This document shows, in pieces, positions 36,180 through 49,524 of a stretch of DNA of 52,735 nucleotides. The position numbers and the translations under genes were made by a program. Below the pieces are notes generated by a model. The model saw nothing but the letters and a program-made list of their open reading frames with translations, had not been told where the DNA came from and made no database searches. The stretch's first letter is position 1. Each line of letters opens with the position of its first letter. Source of the stretch: Catajapyx aquilonaris. Taxonomy: Eukaryota. The DNA is taken from assembly GCA_000934665.2 (NCBI GenBank), contig KZ538703.1, forward strand, positions 1 through 52,735. The letters run 5' to 3'.

Positions 36180-38694
36180 CAAGAAAAGTCATTTTCTTCT
36201 TCTTTTTTCGTAGCCATCGGCTCGCATGGCGTCACAAGTACGACACCATTAATGCCCAGCACTGTGCATTAAGACAAAGTGGTTAAAATGAATCTTCATA
36301 TTGTTGGGTAGCACCAACAGCGTTTGAAGGCCAGAGCAATTAGCAAGAGTGGCAGCAGGAAGTCGAAATTAATTGGTCTAAAGGTGCCAATCCCTCCCCA
36401 CAAAATGAGCGAACATTTCGTAAGTTCTGACGTGACTAATGCCAGTTATTTCTTTTTTTCTTTTTTTCCCTCTGGCCTTATGATTCGTGCATTCAATCAG
36501 ATTAGCTCCTGCTGGGTTGCCCAGCAATGTGCACGTAATTGAGTAATTACTGCCCACCGCGATCATTTTCCCAGCTGCACCTAATGAACCTCTCCCAGAC
36601 TCCAGCAGGCCCCCCCGATACATGATGACAAAAATTTATCGAAAAGGAAAAAAAAAAGGCGACGTGACCCAGAATATACGGGGGGAGGAAGGCAGCAAAT
36701 TGGGGGAATTGGAGCGTACCCGAATTTTCTGTGGGTTCTGTTGGGGGAAGCCAGAATCCGGAGCACCCAACCGGATGGAAGGAGAAATGGCCCGGAAGAA
36801 GAAGCCCTCAACTTTTTAAAAATATATATCTTCTTGCTGGAAAAAAAGAAGAAGCCAATTTCGGCCGAGCAGGTGAAGGTCGTAAACAAACGTCGATGCC
36901 AAAATTTGTCCAACCTTTATACCCCGCAATGTTTCGTAATTATTGTATGACCGCGATTTTATGGGCGGAAATGAATCCCAGGTAATAATGTTAGGCACAA
37001 ATTACTCCAAACTTCACCAAATTTTTGGAGCTCAATACTTTGCTGCGTTTGGCAGAAGTAACCTGGAAGGTTTCCCCCCATATTTTTCCCCTTCCATATC
37101 CGGTGGAAATAAATAGCCTCATTTTCCGGAAACGCAAAGGTCTTTAACAAAGAGCCTCCCTTCCCATTTTTTTCTCTCTCTCTCTTTCTCTTCTTTTCTC
37201 CTAAGGCACAGCTAACTGGCAGGAATTTTTCATTGTCTCTCGTTGGAGCCTCAATTTGTTAGTTATATCCCCTTTCCTAAGCCTCAGCTTCGGGAGATGA
37301 CACAACGTGGGTGGTTGGGTGGGGGGGGGCTTTACTTTAAAGGGACTTGTAAGAGGAAATGCGTCATGCAAGATGATGCCATTTGTTGCCATTAATTGTT
37401 CTTCCAGTATATTACAGAACATGTTCTGGTGACAAAATAATTGTGTCGACCCTTTGTAAAGGCCAAAACCACATATCCGGATACACCCGGGGGGAAAAAA
37501 ACTCTCGAGTGGAAACAACTCGGAATGTCAGGAAAACAACATTGGAAGGGGAAATCTACTCTGCTTTGCCAACATTTCTTTTCAGGGGATCTTAATTGCT
37601 AGGCTCAGAAGCCGGATTACGACTCACTGGAAACTTTCCGTTTGCCTTCGACGAGATACAGACAGAAAGAAAATCAAGCCGAAGAAAGAGAGAGAGAACA
37701 AAAAAATTGCCTTGGACTGTACAGTATGCAGCCAACCTAAAAGTTAAGCAAACTGTGTGTACAGTCCAACTTTGCACTTTGGCCTTTTTTTCTTTAAAAA
37801 AAAGAGTGAGATCCTGTTTGATCCAATTAGGTGTTTCTCTCACTTGGCCGCAGTTAAGCTGCATGATTATTAGTTAGCAGTTAACAATAGTCACTTTAAG
37901 GTTAAATTTAGCTTCTAACGTTACCTGCAATGAACTCATTTTAGTCTGGCTTGCAAATGATAATTACATGCGCAATAATAATTCTGGGCAATTTCTTACG
38001 CCATCTGTGAACCAGATGGGCCACGTGCCATTTTTTTCCCATCCAGTATTACAATGTCTTCTATAGAAGTAAGTGATCCGTGTAACTGAGCCCCAAAGTA
38101 CTTTTTTTTCCAGAGGAATTATTATCCTGACTTGAAGCCCTGTGCTTCCTCTGGAAAATCAATCCCGATTTAAAGCGGAGAGATGGGAGTAAAATGGCCC
38201 AAGCCAAAATAATGGATCCCCCGCCATATATATGAGAATGAAAAGAGGGCGCGGATTCTCATCAGATGATTGAAGACATTCACTCTCCGATTTGCTAAAG
38301 TGGCATTTTAAAAAAAACTTCTGCTGCCGGAAGGGCTTTTTTTTTCCTATTTAGATCGAGCGTGTTTCCATAGAGTTGGAAGGTGGCCTTATTCATTATG
38401 CTGATTGCTTGCTCCCTTGCAAAGTCTGGCTGGAGCTGGATCGCCTCCAGTTTGGCCCAAGCCTGATGGTTAACCCGATTATGCCCCGTAATATTTTCCG
38501 GGGCTTGCTCGACACTCGAGCAAGTGAATAGTGCAAGCCCTGCTTACAACCAATCTAAAAGTTAGCAACATGTATATATCCTAACGAACCAATTAAGGCC
38601 CAAAATAATAGGTCACAGTCAAATCCAACATTACCTATGTAAACAGCTGGCCTGTATCATAATGGAACGAAGGAGACATTGCTTGCACTACACA

Positions 38695-38961
38695 TATCTC
38701 TCTTTTTTAAAAAAAAATTGAGTGAAAATTCCACTCAAAAATGAGCAATTTTGCAAACGGTGCATTTCCCTCGGAATATGACTCGAAAGAATATTGAAAA
38801 TAATTGAGAGGCTAACTCTTTCAGTGAGTGAAATGATTACTCATTTTCAGTGAAAATCGCTCAAAAGATAGAGTGATTTTTCACTCACAGCTATAGTGGG
38901 GTTCAAATCAAGTGGAAGAAAAAAACGAGTTGAAAAATACTCTAAATTTTTTTAAAGAGTG
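38695..38961. mobile_element. Decayed MITE-like element with multiple internal GAGTGA/TCACTC motifs
   Basis: Ends ctcttttttaaaaaaaaattgagt and actctaaatttttttaaagagtg are inverted relative to each other; repeated gagtgaaa/tttcactc units lie inside. Confidence 0.55.
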
Positions 38962-41900
38962 ATATAATATGGACAGAATTCCGGACACGTGTCGCCTGTT
39001 CTCTCACTTACTGCACAAACTTGTTTATTTTTTTCCTCCAAACTAACAAAAAGGCGGGCAAAAGAAGATCTTATAGCTGCGAGGGATTCAACTTTTTTTC
39101 CTTTTCCATCAAGAGACTTTCGACAAGGAAAAACACGCGCGTTTCTATTAGGAATCACATTATTATTATTATCATCATCATCATCCGACTGTGCCCCGAT
39201 GGCAGCAGTATTATTCCTCCTGCAGGCATTTCCTTCCTGCTGAGAACCACTTTTTGTGCAGAGAGAGAGAGAGAGAAAAAAAAATTCATCTATAATGGGA
39301 TTGGTGGGGGTGGGCTCTCAGACTCATTAAATGTTGCTCTTGGCTTGGTCTCCACATGTCGGAACACTTTTTTTTGGAGCGACTGGAAAATGAGGGTTTT
39401 ATTGTTGCTGTACTGCGCATCCCTCCATTTCCGGTAAATGCTGGGGAGGGGAACAAGAGGTACAGTGCAACACACACACACACACACAAAAGACAGAGTT
39501 TTATAGAGAGCAGTGTTCCATTAGTGTTCTTTCTTGAGGGATTTGCCATTGGTTGAATGACAACAAAAGCCTCGGGCCAACGGAATGCAGTCATATTTCA
39601 TCCTTGGAAGAGAAAATTGCATTTGAGGGGTCGGGGGGATGGGAGGTGAAGAGGGTAGTGGAAGTAAACTCATCACAGATATCTTTTTTTTGACGTGCAG
39701 GAAAAAAGGGGTAATATTATGACATAATTGCGCCGTTAAAGCCAGTCATATTTATCATTCTTTTCGCTTCTGCCGTCACAAATAAATCAGTCACAGATTG
39801 CGACGCAGTTCATATATTTTAATGATCGATTTAAAAGCATCCAAATAGCGTATAATAAAAGCTGTACAATCACAAACTAATAATAATGCCTTACACTCTA
39901 AGTGCAGTTTAAAATATGGGCTAAAAGCATTCGCTATTTATTAGCTATAATGATAATATGCTATTGGATATTAATAACGCATGATTCTTCAATGTATGTT
40001 AATGTGTCCATTAATTACAAAGATTCGTCTTCAGCTTCTGCGAGACAAAACTTGCTGGCCACAGCTTTTCAAAACCTCGGGGGTGATGAATGTTAATCAA
40101 ACTAATGAAAGGAAGCTTCGGGCTTAATTTGACGAGTTTTTTTTTTGCCAAATAGGCACTTATGCTCAGCAGATTGTTCGCAGCAGATAATATTATTAAA
40201 AATCCAGGGGCTGCTCCAGCAATAAGCCAGTCCCTCTATGCAAAATATACTGTACGCCGGGACGTAATGAAGACTGAAAACGAAAAAAAGGGAGGGGGGG
40301 GGGGAAGTCTCATAATGCTCGACCTGAAAATTTAATTAATATTGACAGCAGAAATATATGGTCCCCCCCCAGACAAAGTACGAAATTAAAATCGAAAGAC
40401 GGAGGGGACGCAATATTTTTTTTTCCCCTTGCGAAAGGACTGCTGAGATTTGCTTTAATTTTGGCTTAGTGAAGTCTTCTGCGTATAGAACGAGAGGTGG
40501 ACCAAAAAAAACGTAAGGCTCGGATCCTATTCACGATGAATTTATACAGCGTAGTGAATTCCGGAGAGAATCATCAGTTACGAGAGCCGACAATGGCTGA
40601 CGCAAGTTCCGCCAAAATTCAATTAGGCTTCAACAAATGCCTCCTTTTCATGGCTTGCAAGACGTTAGGGGGTGGTTTTCCAGCTAGACATTTTTTGGGG
40701 GGAACGTGTCGCGTTCGCTTTGGAAGAATCAAGTTCTATACATTCCTTATTCTTTTTTTCTCCCCATAAAAGGGTCCAGAGGATGCCCTTAGAATCGAAG
40801 AGGGGGGGGAAAAGAGGACACAAGAAATCCTATTTTTCTTTCCTTGGTAACGACCAGAGCTTCGACTTATGCTCGCTTCCAATAAGGAGATCTCCGGCTC
40901 TTTTTCTGTCCTGCAGCAATCCGAGAGTGGACGGAAAAAAAGAAGGATCTTCCCTGCCAGGATTGTGATTCCTTCTGACTTGTCAGCAGTGGGTGTCAAA
41001 CGGGATTTAGCAAATACCCATGTCCGAACCGGACCCACTCTAGGAATACATCCCCCGTTTATTCGGGGGGGAAGTGTCACTCTCAGGTATCATACGATCC
41101 CTCTCACGCAGACTTATGCAAACAATCTCTGAGACACGGTGAGAAAAACTGCAAATCGCCATATCCATAAACCCGGTTTTATTGCGGAATTTACCCATAA
41201 AGCATTTTCTGGCAGTTGCTTCCACCTGGCAGCCTGGACAACAAGAACTTCGTCCACAATCGAACAATACTTCGGACATTTTTTTTTGTCGTAAACCAAC
41301 CACAGGAGTTGAGCTGTAACATTCCAACCTATTATGACATATATGGTAAATATTTGATACGATTTCCAGTGATCAATCGTACCCCAAAGAACAGTAACTT
41401 AAATTCCAAGTTTATGCTCTTATACCATGCAACAAAAAAAAATCTGCGGGGGACCATTTGTTATACAGAATCTTCGCCTAGTCCCAAAATTCTGCAAAAC
41501 TGATAAGTCACCCGTGTTATCCCGGAGCTATAGTTCCAAGCGAGTTGCTCACAAGGGACCAATATGATCGGTAATTCGATCGAGAAAATGATCAAGTAAA
41601 ATCTTATATCGCGGAGATTAACCTCTCAGATATTACAGACACACGAGTTACTTAAAGTTCGTAAACTAATATTGCGAAAGAAATAGAAAATTTTCGGAGC
41701 GTTAACTTTTAAGCAAGATTGGCTGTCAGAGTGTAACGACCAATATTTTGCAGCACTACGTAGCAGGTTCATCATTTATGGCTGCGGAATATGAATTTCA
41801 GAAATATATCGGATTTTGCAACACTAATCTCACGGGCGCTGCAATCATTAACAAAATTTTGCCTCTAAGCTCATTACTCCAGGCGTCATTAAATGAGTTT

Positions 41901-43080
41901 CATACAACATTTGAACACCTTTTAACAAAATAAATAAAGCATGTATTACGCAAATCAAACCATTTTGAAGCAACAGATCTTTCAATCTCCAGCTATACGA
42001 AGCAACAAACTTTTTTTTGCGGCTAAAGGATCCGGTTTCTAGCCACAAACACATGGAATTTCGCCAATTTCTGTCGAATTTTCCACGCAGTTATTGGATT
42101 GTCGCTGGGTAAACATTCTGGCGCGTTTCAGCGGAAATGACACAAAAAAATAAAGAAGAACTCAAAAAGAAATACGGGAAGAGTTTCTGTGGGTGGGCAG
42201 AAAATAACAATAAAAAAGGAGAAGGGGGGTGAAAACGATAGATAACGGAAATGTCGTCGCCACGACAACTGAATAGAGTTACTCTTTCAGTATGTATCGC
42301 CAAGTTCGCTATTTTATTGGAAGCTGACAGCTGGAGGGCTTTGGAAAGGTCTGAGACACAAGCTTGCAAAATTCTCCTTTTGAAAAAAAAAAATATTTTT
42401 TTTTCCCACCCTCTTTTCCGCCTACTCGCAGAAAGAATCGATCAATCAAACCCGTGCAGTATTCGAGACTTGCAAATAATACAAAAAAAAGAGAGCGTCG
42501 CCTCGAAATTCAATAAGGCTTGAATAATATTTTCCTCTCATTTCCACGCCATTTTTTATTATTCCTGCAACACAATGCGATCGCAATCAAACAAATCCAG
42601 AAGATAACAAACGGTTCAGGTTACGCTAATGTGCTTTAACTAACAGAAGGTGCACTGCCATACTTACAGTACCGGTACACACATCCTTAATTTCTCACAA
42701 AAAAAGGCATGTGCTAAATACCCAAAATATCGCGACCTCGCAGTGCGACCGTGCGACCTCGCAGTGCTGTACAAAAGAAATGCTCTTCTGAAACCGATTT
42801 GATTGGTGGAACAGAGCCCCCCCCTCCCCCCCACCCTGTGCTCCACCAATCAGATCCCTTAGGGTGTCTGGTGTGGAATGGAGGGGCAGAGGTCGCCATG
42901 CCCACTTTTTGAGAAGTTATGCTGTGGGTACTGTAGGGCTCCCTAAAGTAAAGTTCAGGGTGCATAGGGGGAAGTGCGCCATCTACGTGAGGGATATGGT
43001 ACTATGTGGGCCCAGACAGTATTGCCAGTGTTCCTGCACTTTTTATTCTTCTGTTTAATATCTGATTTTTCCTCCTACAG

Positions 43081-43281
43081 CAACGTCGGTGTCAGTGTCG
43101 GCGTGGACACTGGTGGCGATGTCGGTGGAGCGCTACTACGCCATCTGCCACCCGCTCAAGTCTCGCAGATGGCAGACACTGTCCCACGCCTACAAGCTCA
43201 TCCTGGCGGTCTGGATCGGAAGTCTGGCAGCCATGTCGCCCATCGCGGCTCTCTCGGAGTTACAACCCATAGGGAAATCCG
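43081..43281 (+). CDS. CCKLR: Sulfakinin / CCK receptor-like GPCR, coding exon 2 (TM3, ICL2, TM4)
   Basis: Acceptor tttttcctcctacAG ends at 43080. The phase-1 join gives ATSVSVSAWTLVAMSVERYYAICHPLKSRRWQTLSHAYKLILAVWIGSLAAMSP (ERY motif typical of CCK/SK receptors). Donor G|GTAAAT at 43281/43282. 201 nt. Confidence 0.93.
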
Positions 43282-43953
43282 GTAAATGTTTCTTACAGGA
43301 CAGGTATACCATTATTATGAATCGAGGTGTCCTCTGTGTCGTGAGACCTAAGGTCAGCCAGCCAATCCTTAAGGGAAACTCTTGGATAAACATCCCCGGA
43401 TAAGAAGAAGAAGAAGAAGAAAAAAGTTCGCAAGATGCTGGAGATGATGTGAGCCCCGAAGCGCCAATCTGATGGGGGCCAAAATGGATCCGGGAGAGTC
43501 TTCTCGGGGATCCACCGCAAAACGCAGTGTTACGTAGTTATCCAGTGATGAGATGCCGGCCTCAATCCCCTCACAAAAACCGACACTTTGGACCCATCCT
43601 ACTTTTCAGGCCAAAAACCCCCAACCAGACGACGCGACGTCCAATGCAAAATCTCTCCTGGCAAAACTCCCAAAAATTTTCGCACGTCATTTTTGTTCTC
43701 CCTTATAGTCTCTCTCTTCTTGCATGGTCGCCTCGAGTTAATCCCACGGAGTCTGCACTTTTCCAACACACTTCGCCTCTCGCTTTAACACTGTCGGTTT
43801 AAACAGGTGGCCACATGCAATGAATCACTCCTATCTCTGGAGTTACACGCCATATTTTTTTTGCCAGATTGCCTAATTTTGAGTACAGAAAAATTGTTTT
43901 GAAAATGAACCCTGGACACAGCTGAAATATGCTTATATTGCGTTACAGATGGA

Positions 43954-44162
43954 TTTTTTTAAGTGCGCACCACAGTTCGCTCAGAGTGCAGGGTTGGAAT
44001 TATCACTGATGGCTGGTAATAAGCTCTCTGTACAGTGGGTGTACTGCGCTGCGATTATTTCCAACGCTAGGTTTCGGGGGAAACAATATGGCCTAAGTTT
44101 GCGACGTTGCCAAAGTTTCGGAACGAATCTCAGAAGCTATTGGTGTCAATTATTTTTTGCCC
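43954..44162 (+). mobile_element. MITE family A copy lacking the nested fold-back; runs into an assembly gap
   Basis: ctgcgctgc..ttatttccaacgcta...gggggaaacaatatggcc...tttgcgacgttgccaaag...ggaacgaa.ctcaga.gcta.tggtgtcaattattttttg is colinear with the two flanks of the insertion at 28.9/29.3 kb. Confidence 0.75.
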
Positions 44163-44176
44163 CCCCCCCCCCCCCC

Positions 44177-44336
44177 NNNNNNNNNNNNNNNNNNNNNNNN
44201 NNNNNNNNNNNNNNNNNNNNNNNNNNNNNNNNNNNNNNNNNNNNNNNNNNNNNNNNNNNNNNNNNNNNNNNNNNNNNNNNNNNNNNNNNNNNNNNNNNNN
44301 NNNNNNNNNNNNNNNNNNNNNNNNNNNNNNNNNNNN
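44177..44336. other. Assembly gap (160 N) between a poly-C run and an inverted repeat
   Basis: Read directly from the sequence. Confidence 0.99.
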
Positions 44337-44465
44337 AGGTCACTCGCAATCGACAAAGTCGATTGACGTCAAAATGACGTCAAAATGATGACCAGGGCAG
44401 GGCGAGGAGAATTTATTGGCGACGTCATTTTGACGTCAATCGACTTTGTCGATTGCGAGTGACCT
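44337..44465. repeat. 129-bp inverted repeat with perfect 45-bp arms, abutting an assembly gap
   Basis: aggtcactcgcaatcgacaaagtcgattgacgtcaaaatgacgtc ... gacgtcattttgacgtcaatcgactttgtcgattgcgagtgacct. Confidence 0.9.
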
Positions 44466-45949
44466 GGATGAGTATACGCGGCTCCTGGTCACAAATTATC
44501 TCCCGACCACGAGTGACCAAACTTTATTGCCAGTGTGATTGTGGCCCAGCGACGCTTGCCAAAAAAAAAGGGCATAATGTTGAAAGGTGCAATAAATCAG
44601 CGGACTCGCAGTGTGCCAATAAATGATTGGTTGCAGGATGGGTTGAACCTATGCGCGGCCTGGGTTGACTCGGATTGATTCCGTCACTGACGCGTGAAAA
44701 TAAAAGCAACAATGGGCGTCCATTGTCGGCGGGCTGACAAAAGGGACAACCCCCGTCGTCGGTCCCTGGTGTTGACGAGAGCTATTCCCATTGTTTCCTT
44801 AAGGAGACAATAAACGGGAGTCGCCTGGGTGTGATGTGATCCACCGGAGCCTGAACATCAAAAAAAGAGCTGCGATGGGACCCATTTGCATTCGGCGAAC
44901 ATAAACAACAAGCGCTCAATTTTGATTCTAACTCCTAAAAAAAACACACACAACTTTTACTACCTTAGACACAAAATCTTTTCCCGCTTTAGCCCATAGC
45001 ATTATGTTTCGTCCTAAAAGTGTGTGTGTGTGTGACTGAGCGACAGAAAGTTATTCGTCTGCATAAATACAAGCAGTATTATTCCGTAAGGCGACAATAT
45101 TTCATCGACATTGCAGGCTATATTTACTGCTGTACTGCAGGAAACGACAAGCATCCGAGTGTGAAAATATTGCGTTTATACACCGGTTGTGCTATAAAAA
45201 AAACTATGCAAGCTAAAATTCAACAGAACTCGTGTTCAACCGACTGGAATCAGTCGGCATTGCAAAACTGCATTTTTTTTGCACCGTTTTTGCCTCCTCT
45301 TCCAGCATCCCTCAGGCAGAATGATGGGGACTTATTTATGATTCGCAAGGCTGCCGGGGAAGTCAAACTCTCAACAGAGAATCGCACTTCCGTAACTCTT
45401 TTTTTTTCCTCTTCTTTTTTTCATTATTTTGTTACCACCCCCCAGTCTCCCACCCACACCTTTCCAACCACGTCAAGGCGCCATTTCTCTTCCTCTGGTC
45501 TGAAAGCCTTCATTTCCCAGCCTGCTGAGGGAACGTGACGTCACTGATTAGCACTTAGGACCTGTTCAAAATTCCGCTCAGTTCCTCTCTGCTCCAGCTA
45601 AAGGAGGGTTTTTTTCTGTCTCTTTTTTTTTAGATATAAAACCGGCGGCACATTGTATATTACCGGCTGCAGGGAGATCTGCAACGGTGAATCAATTCCG
45701 GCGGGCCATTTTGCGTCACCTGCAGGCGACAATAGATGACACTCCCGACTTTCCCACGCTATATCAACTCTCCCTCATTCCGCTCTGCAAGCCAGCCAGG
45801 AACCTTGGCCAAATTTAATGAACGGAGTGGGAGTCAGAAACAACTCGCGAAATATGTGTGTGTATACGGCCCACAAACAAAATAATTACATAACATACTG
45901 TACAAAGCAACAATAATTAAAATCGTAGTGGGTGTGTATGGTCATGCAG

Positions 45950-46410
45950 CTGACTACAGAGGCTCTATAGGAAGAGAGTCGCCAATTTCTGACTTCACGT
46001 CGTCTCTCATTGGCTCTTTGGCTGGAATAGTACAGGCCCTCTGGCTGCATCCAATCGGAGTCGACCGTGACGTCAGAGCCGGCCACTATTTCCATAGCAA
46101 CGCAAGATGGCGACCTCCATAGGGTAAGTAAACAGCCCATAATTACTCCAGCCAATCCGAGATGATGTGAAGTCAAAAAGTTGGCGACTCTCTTCTTCTG
46201 ACTGGTCCGCATTATTGTTACCGCGACGCTTCGGATTGGCTCATTTCGCGCATGCGCAATGGGGTGGAGACAGCGCCTCTGGTGGGTGGGAAGAGGAACT
46301 ATCCGGAGCTGGCGGCCGGGAGGTCTACTTCAAGCGAAGCTAGTCGGCTTTCTAGGCCTGCGCACTAGAAAAAATGCGAGCGAAAAGCGAAGCGAGGGTT
46401 TTTCTAGTGT
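45950..46410 (+). mobile_element. Dispersed repeat family B, copy 2; ends in gcgaagcgagggtttttCTAGt (Helitron-like terminus)
   Basis: Reverse-complement match to 12578-12915; the ORF track shows the same WGW.QRLWWVG.G.I translation in both copies. The left boundary is approximate. Confidence 0.7.
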
Positions 46411-49218
46411 GCAAACGTCGATTAAGAACCAAAAATTAATGCCCAGAGTCGCTTCGTTCAGACACGAGATCGGTTAGGTTTAACGTGCTGATGGCGCATT
46501 GTCGACATTATGCAGATGTAATGGCCCGGGGATGTCATTTGGCAAGATACCCAAAGTCAGTAACACCGGTTTCGGTGACCTCCGGTGTCCTTCACCGCGC
46601 ACATTAAAAGCCAGACTTTGAACCCCAGAATCGTTAACTCTCAAAAAGTTTTTAACAGACATCAGGTGAACGTAATAATAATAATCATACAATATTTTTT
46701 GATGTCATCCGGTGAATCGACGCAGATGGGAATGCAAGCCAAACCTTACGAGTAATGGAGCTAACTAGTTGTCAACATTAAGTCACTTTCCCTAATGTAA
46801 AGAACATTTTTAAACTAAATATAATTAAACTGATGTACACACAAATGTACACCAAAATCACATCAAGATGGCGTTAATTTTAATTAATACCCCGGTATTT
46901 TAATCCTCTTAAGCGTATCGCTGCATTCCATTCATTTTTAGGCGATAACCCGTGCAAAACCTCTAATTAAACACCCCCCAAAAAACCGATGCAATTAGCA
47001 TGTGTCCAGATAATGCGGCTCATTTTTTTAAAAAAAAAAACCAAACTGCAGCTTAATTTTCGGTGCGGGAGGCTTTAATTTTCTTCCTAAGTGGATCAAA
47101 GGTTGTACAGAAAAGTCGGAACACCTTGTGTGTTTAAAAGTCCTTCGCACACATGTGGCACCGCGCTTTTGACGTCATAGGTACTAGACCAGCTGCGGTT
47201 CCTTTAAGAGCAAAAGTTTGAAGATGAAGTGAACAGGGCCGAGTTAATCACAATGAGTAAAGTCAGATAGTAACTCCTGGTTACTGCCACCTGCTTCCAA
47301 GCTTATAACTAGATTAGAAGCAATTAGACCAACCCCAGGAGACTGTCGAGGCACACACAAAATTCAGCATATATATTTTTTGCAAACTATCAGGACACTA
47401 GTGTATGCAATTGTGTTCGGAGCAAAACCCAGCTCAGCAGTTATTTGCAAAATGTGTGCAAACATTGGGATCATTACTCTCACTCGATTGGCAGCATGTA
47501 CAGTATACGCATTCAGCACTGAAACGTTGCAAAATTTCCGCGTAAATAAAACGTTTTGTCTCCATAATATTGTAATAACAGAACATACTTACTTTCCATT
47601 GTACAAGTCAGCAGAGAATGCACGTGTCACTTACTTTTTGATGTGGCTGTAAATGTCGAGCTTGTGCTTGGCACCACACGTCCAATTGATTAAGTTGCAA
47701 ATGGGGGGGTTTGAAAGCTCGTTGACGGATTTAACTGTCCCGAGGAAAGACAATGATGGTTTGCGCTCACCGTGCCCTTCAAAAAATTGGCACGTACTGA
47801 GTGACTGGTGACATTTTCATGCCGTGCAGGCCACACAATCACCGTCGACTAGATAAAAATAACTTCTCTGAATATCAAAAAGGGGGTGGCCCTATTTGAC
47901 TATAACCATTGAACTTGCAAATCAGAAAGTGGGACTATATTCCCACATTTGCTCAATTTATGTTTGTATGTTACAGTATTGCAAACCGGAGCATTAATAA
48001 TAATCTAACCAAAAATAGAAATGGTACTACATGTTTTAATGGTTGAAGTTGTACTGTAAATATTTTTGTGCACTATTATATATATGCCGCTTATTACTGA
48101 GCAGTATTTTCTAGGACAGATCCAAAATATTGTTTCTACTATTAATATGTTGATTCATTTCGAATGTATTTCCATATAATTTATGCGAAAAATCACCTTA
48201 TCATTCACTGTCAGAGGACTATTGCAAACAAAGTGTAGAGCTTAGTGAAGTCACATAAAATGTTGGGTTGGCTCTATTTTATGAGCCCCATTACATGAAA
48301 TAGTTAAATGCGGGGACATGCTCACTTATTCTGTGTTTATAAAATGACCACTTCTCTGCCCCACATGGGAAATGGCAATGCTCTAAAAAAGCCGCGAAAA
48401 AATAGGCCATAACTGACTTTAGGCCTTTGTAAGTTAGCGGCTATTCCGACAATAAAATGGAGAGCAGCGAGAGGCAGAAACGGCAGAATAAAAATCTGCG
48501 AGGCCTCCACTTCTGGTAGTAAAATGCAATTAGCCAATTACAGCCGCTCTGCAACTGCAAGCGACCATAATTCGCGGCAATAATTGACTGCAAAACCGGA
48601 ATAAAATTTTCCGCAAAACTGAGGCCAGCTCCGGAAAAGCCTGTAAAACGCTCCCTGAGAGCATTACTTCAGCAATAATAGCAAAGCAACTATTATATGC
48701 TCTCAAAATCCAGGAATTTCGAGTCACGCAAAGTGCGACAATAGAAAGCGACACAACAGTCCCGCTGGCAAGAACAACAAGCACAGTGTGGGGAATTGAA
48801 AGGCTTGCGTTTGCTGGGGGAAAAGGGACTGTTTTAATTGGTCCAATTAGTCCTGGGGCCTCCCAGATAGAAGCAGAAGTCTCTCTACTAATCCTCTTTC
48901 CCCCTTTGGAAAGATTCCCAACCCAACCTTTTTCCTCTTCCACCCCGTGGGGTTCACCACATCCATTTCTGCCCATCCCCATCAGACAATCCTGGTCTGC
49001 CACTATCCAACCCACTCCTTCGGGTTTGTCAAGGGCTGGGAACGTTAATCAGCAGTTTAGGGTTTGGGACAACTCTAGCGGAGATTGGAACCAAAAAGGA
49101 CACAAAATGAAGACAATAATTTTTTTGTTAGAGTCCCCATGGTTATATCTAGCTAAATATAAAATTGGCTTTAATCCTGCTGTGCCTGTGTTTGTCTGAT
49201 TCTAATTTTCTTTTTCAG

Positions 49219-49407
49219 GGAAGGTGAAGTGTCGCGAGGACTGGGGAGAACTGGTGTACGAGCAGGCCTACAACATCTTCCTGGACCTCCTGCTCCTGGT
49301 GCTTCCTTTGATCCTGATGACGGTCACTTACTCGCTCATCACCAGGACTCTCTGCATCGGGATCAGGCTGGAGGAGCAGCAGAACTACCAGAGGCCTCCC
49401 ACTGAAG
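49219..49407 (+). CDS. CCKLR: Sulfakinin / CCK receptor-like GPCR, coding exon 3 (ECL2, TM5, start of ICL3)
   Basis: Acceptor ttttctttttcAG ends at 49218. KVKCREDWGELVYEQAYNIFLDLLLLVLPLILMTVTYSLITRTL (ECL2 Cys, TM5). Probable donor AAG|GTACCA at 49407/49408, phase 1, compatible with the next exon. 189 nt. The 3' boundary is less certain because ICL3 is poorly conserved. Confidence 0.88.
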
Positions 49408-49440
49408 GTACCACGGGTCCAGCAGACTACTCGCAATATT

Positions 49441-49524
49441 TGTGCATGGAATTTTCGATAGGCAACTAGTACGAATCAAACTATTTACACAGGATCCTCT
49501 GTCCTATCAAAAATTTCATGCACA
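49441..49524. repeat. Short inverted repeat (22-bp arms) 33 nt downstream of the end of exon 3
   Basis: tgtgcatggaattttcgatagg ... cctatcaaaaatttcatgcaca. Confidence 0.7.

Noticed and set aside
43949..44388. ORFs spanning N runs (also 21354-21545)
   Set aside because: Artefacts of assembly gaps and poly-C runs.
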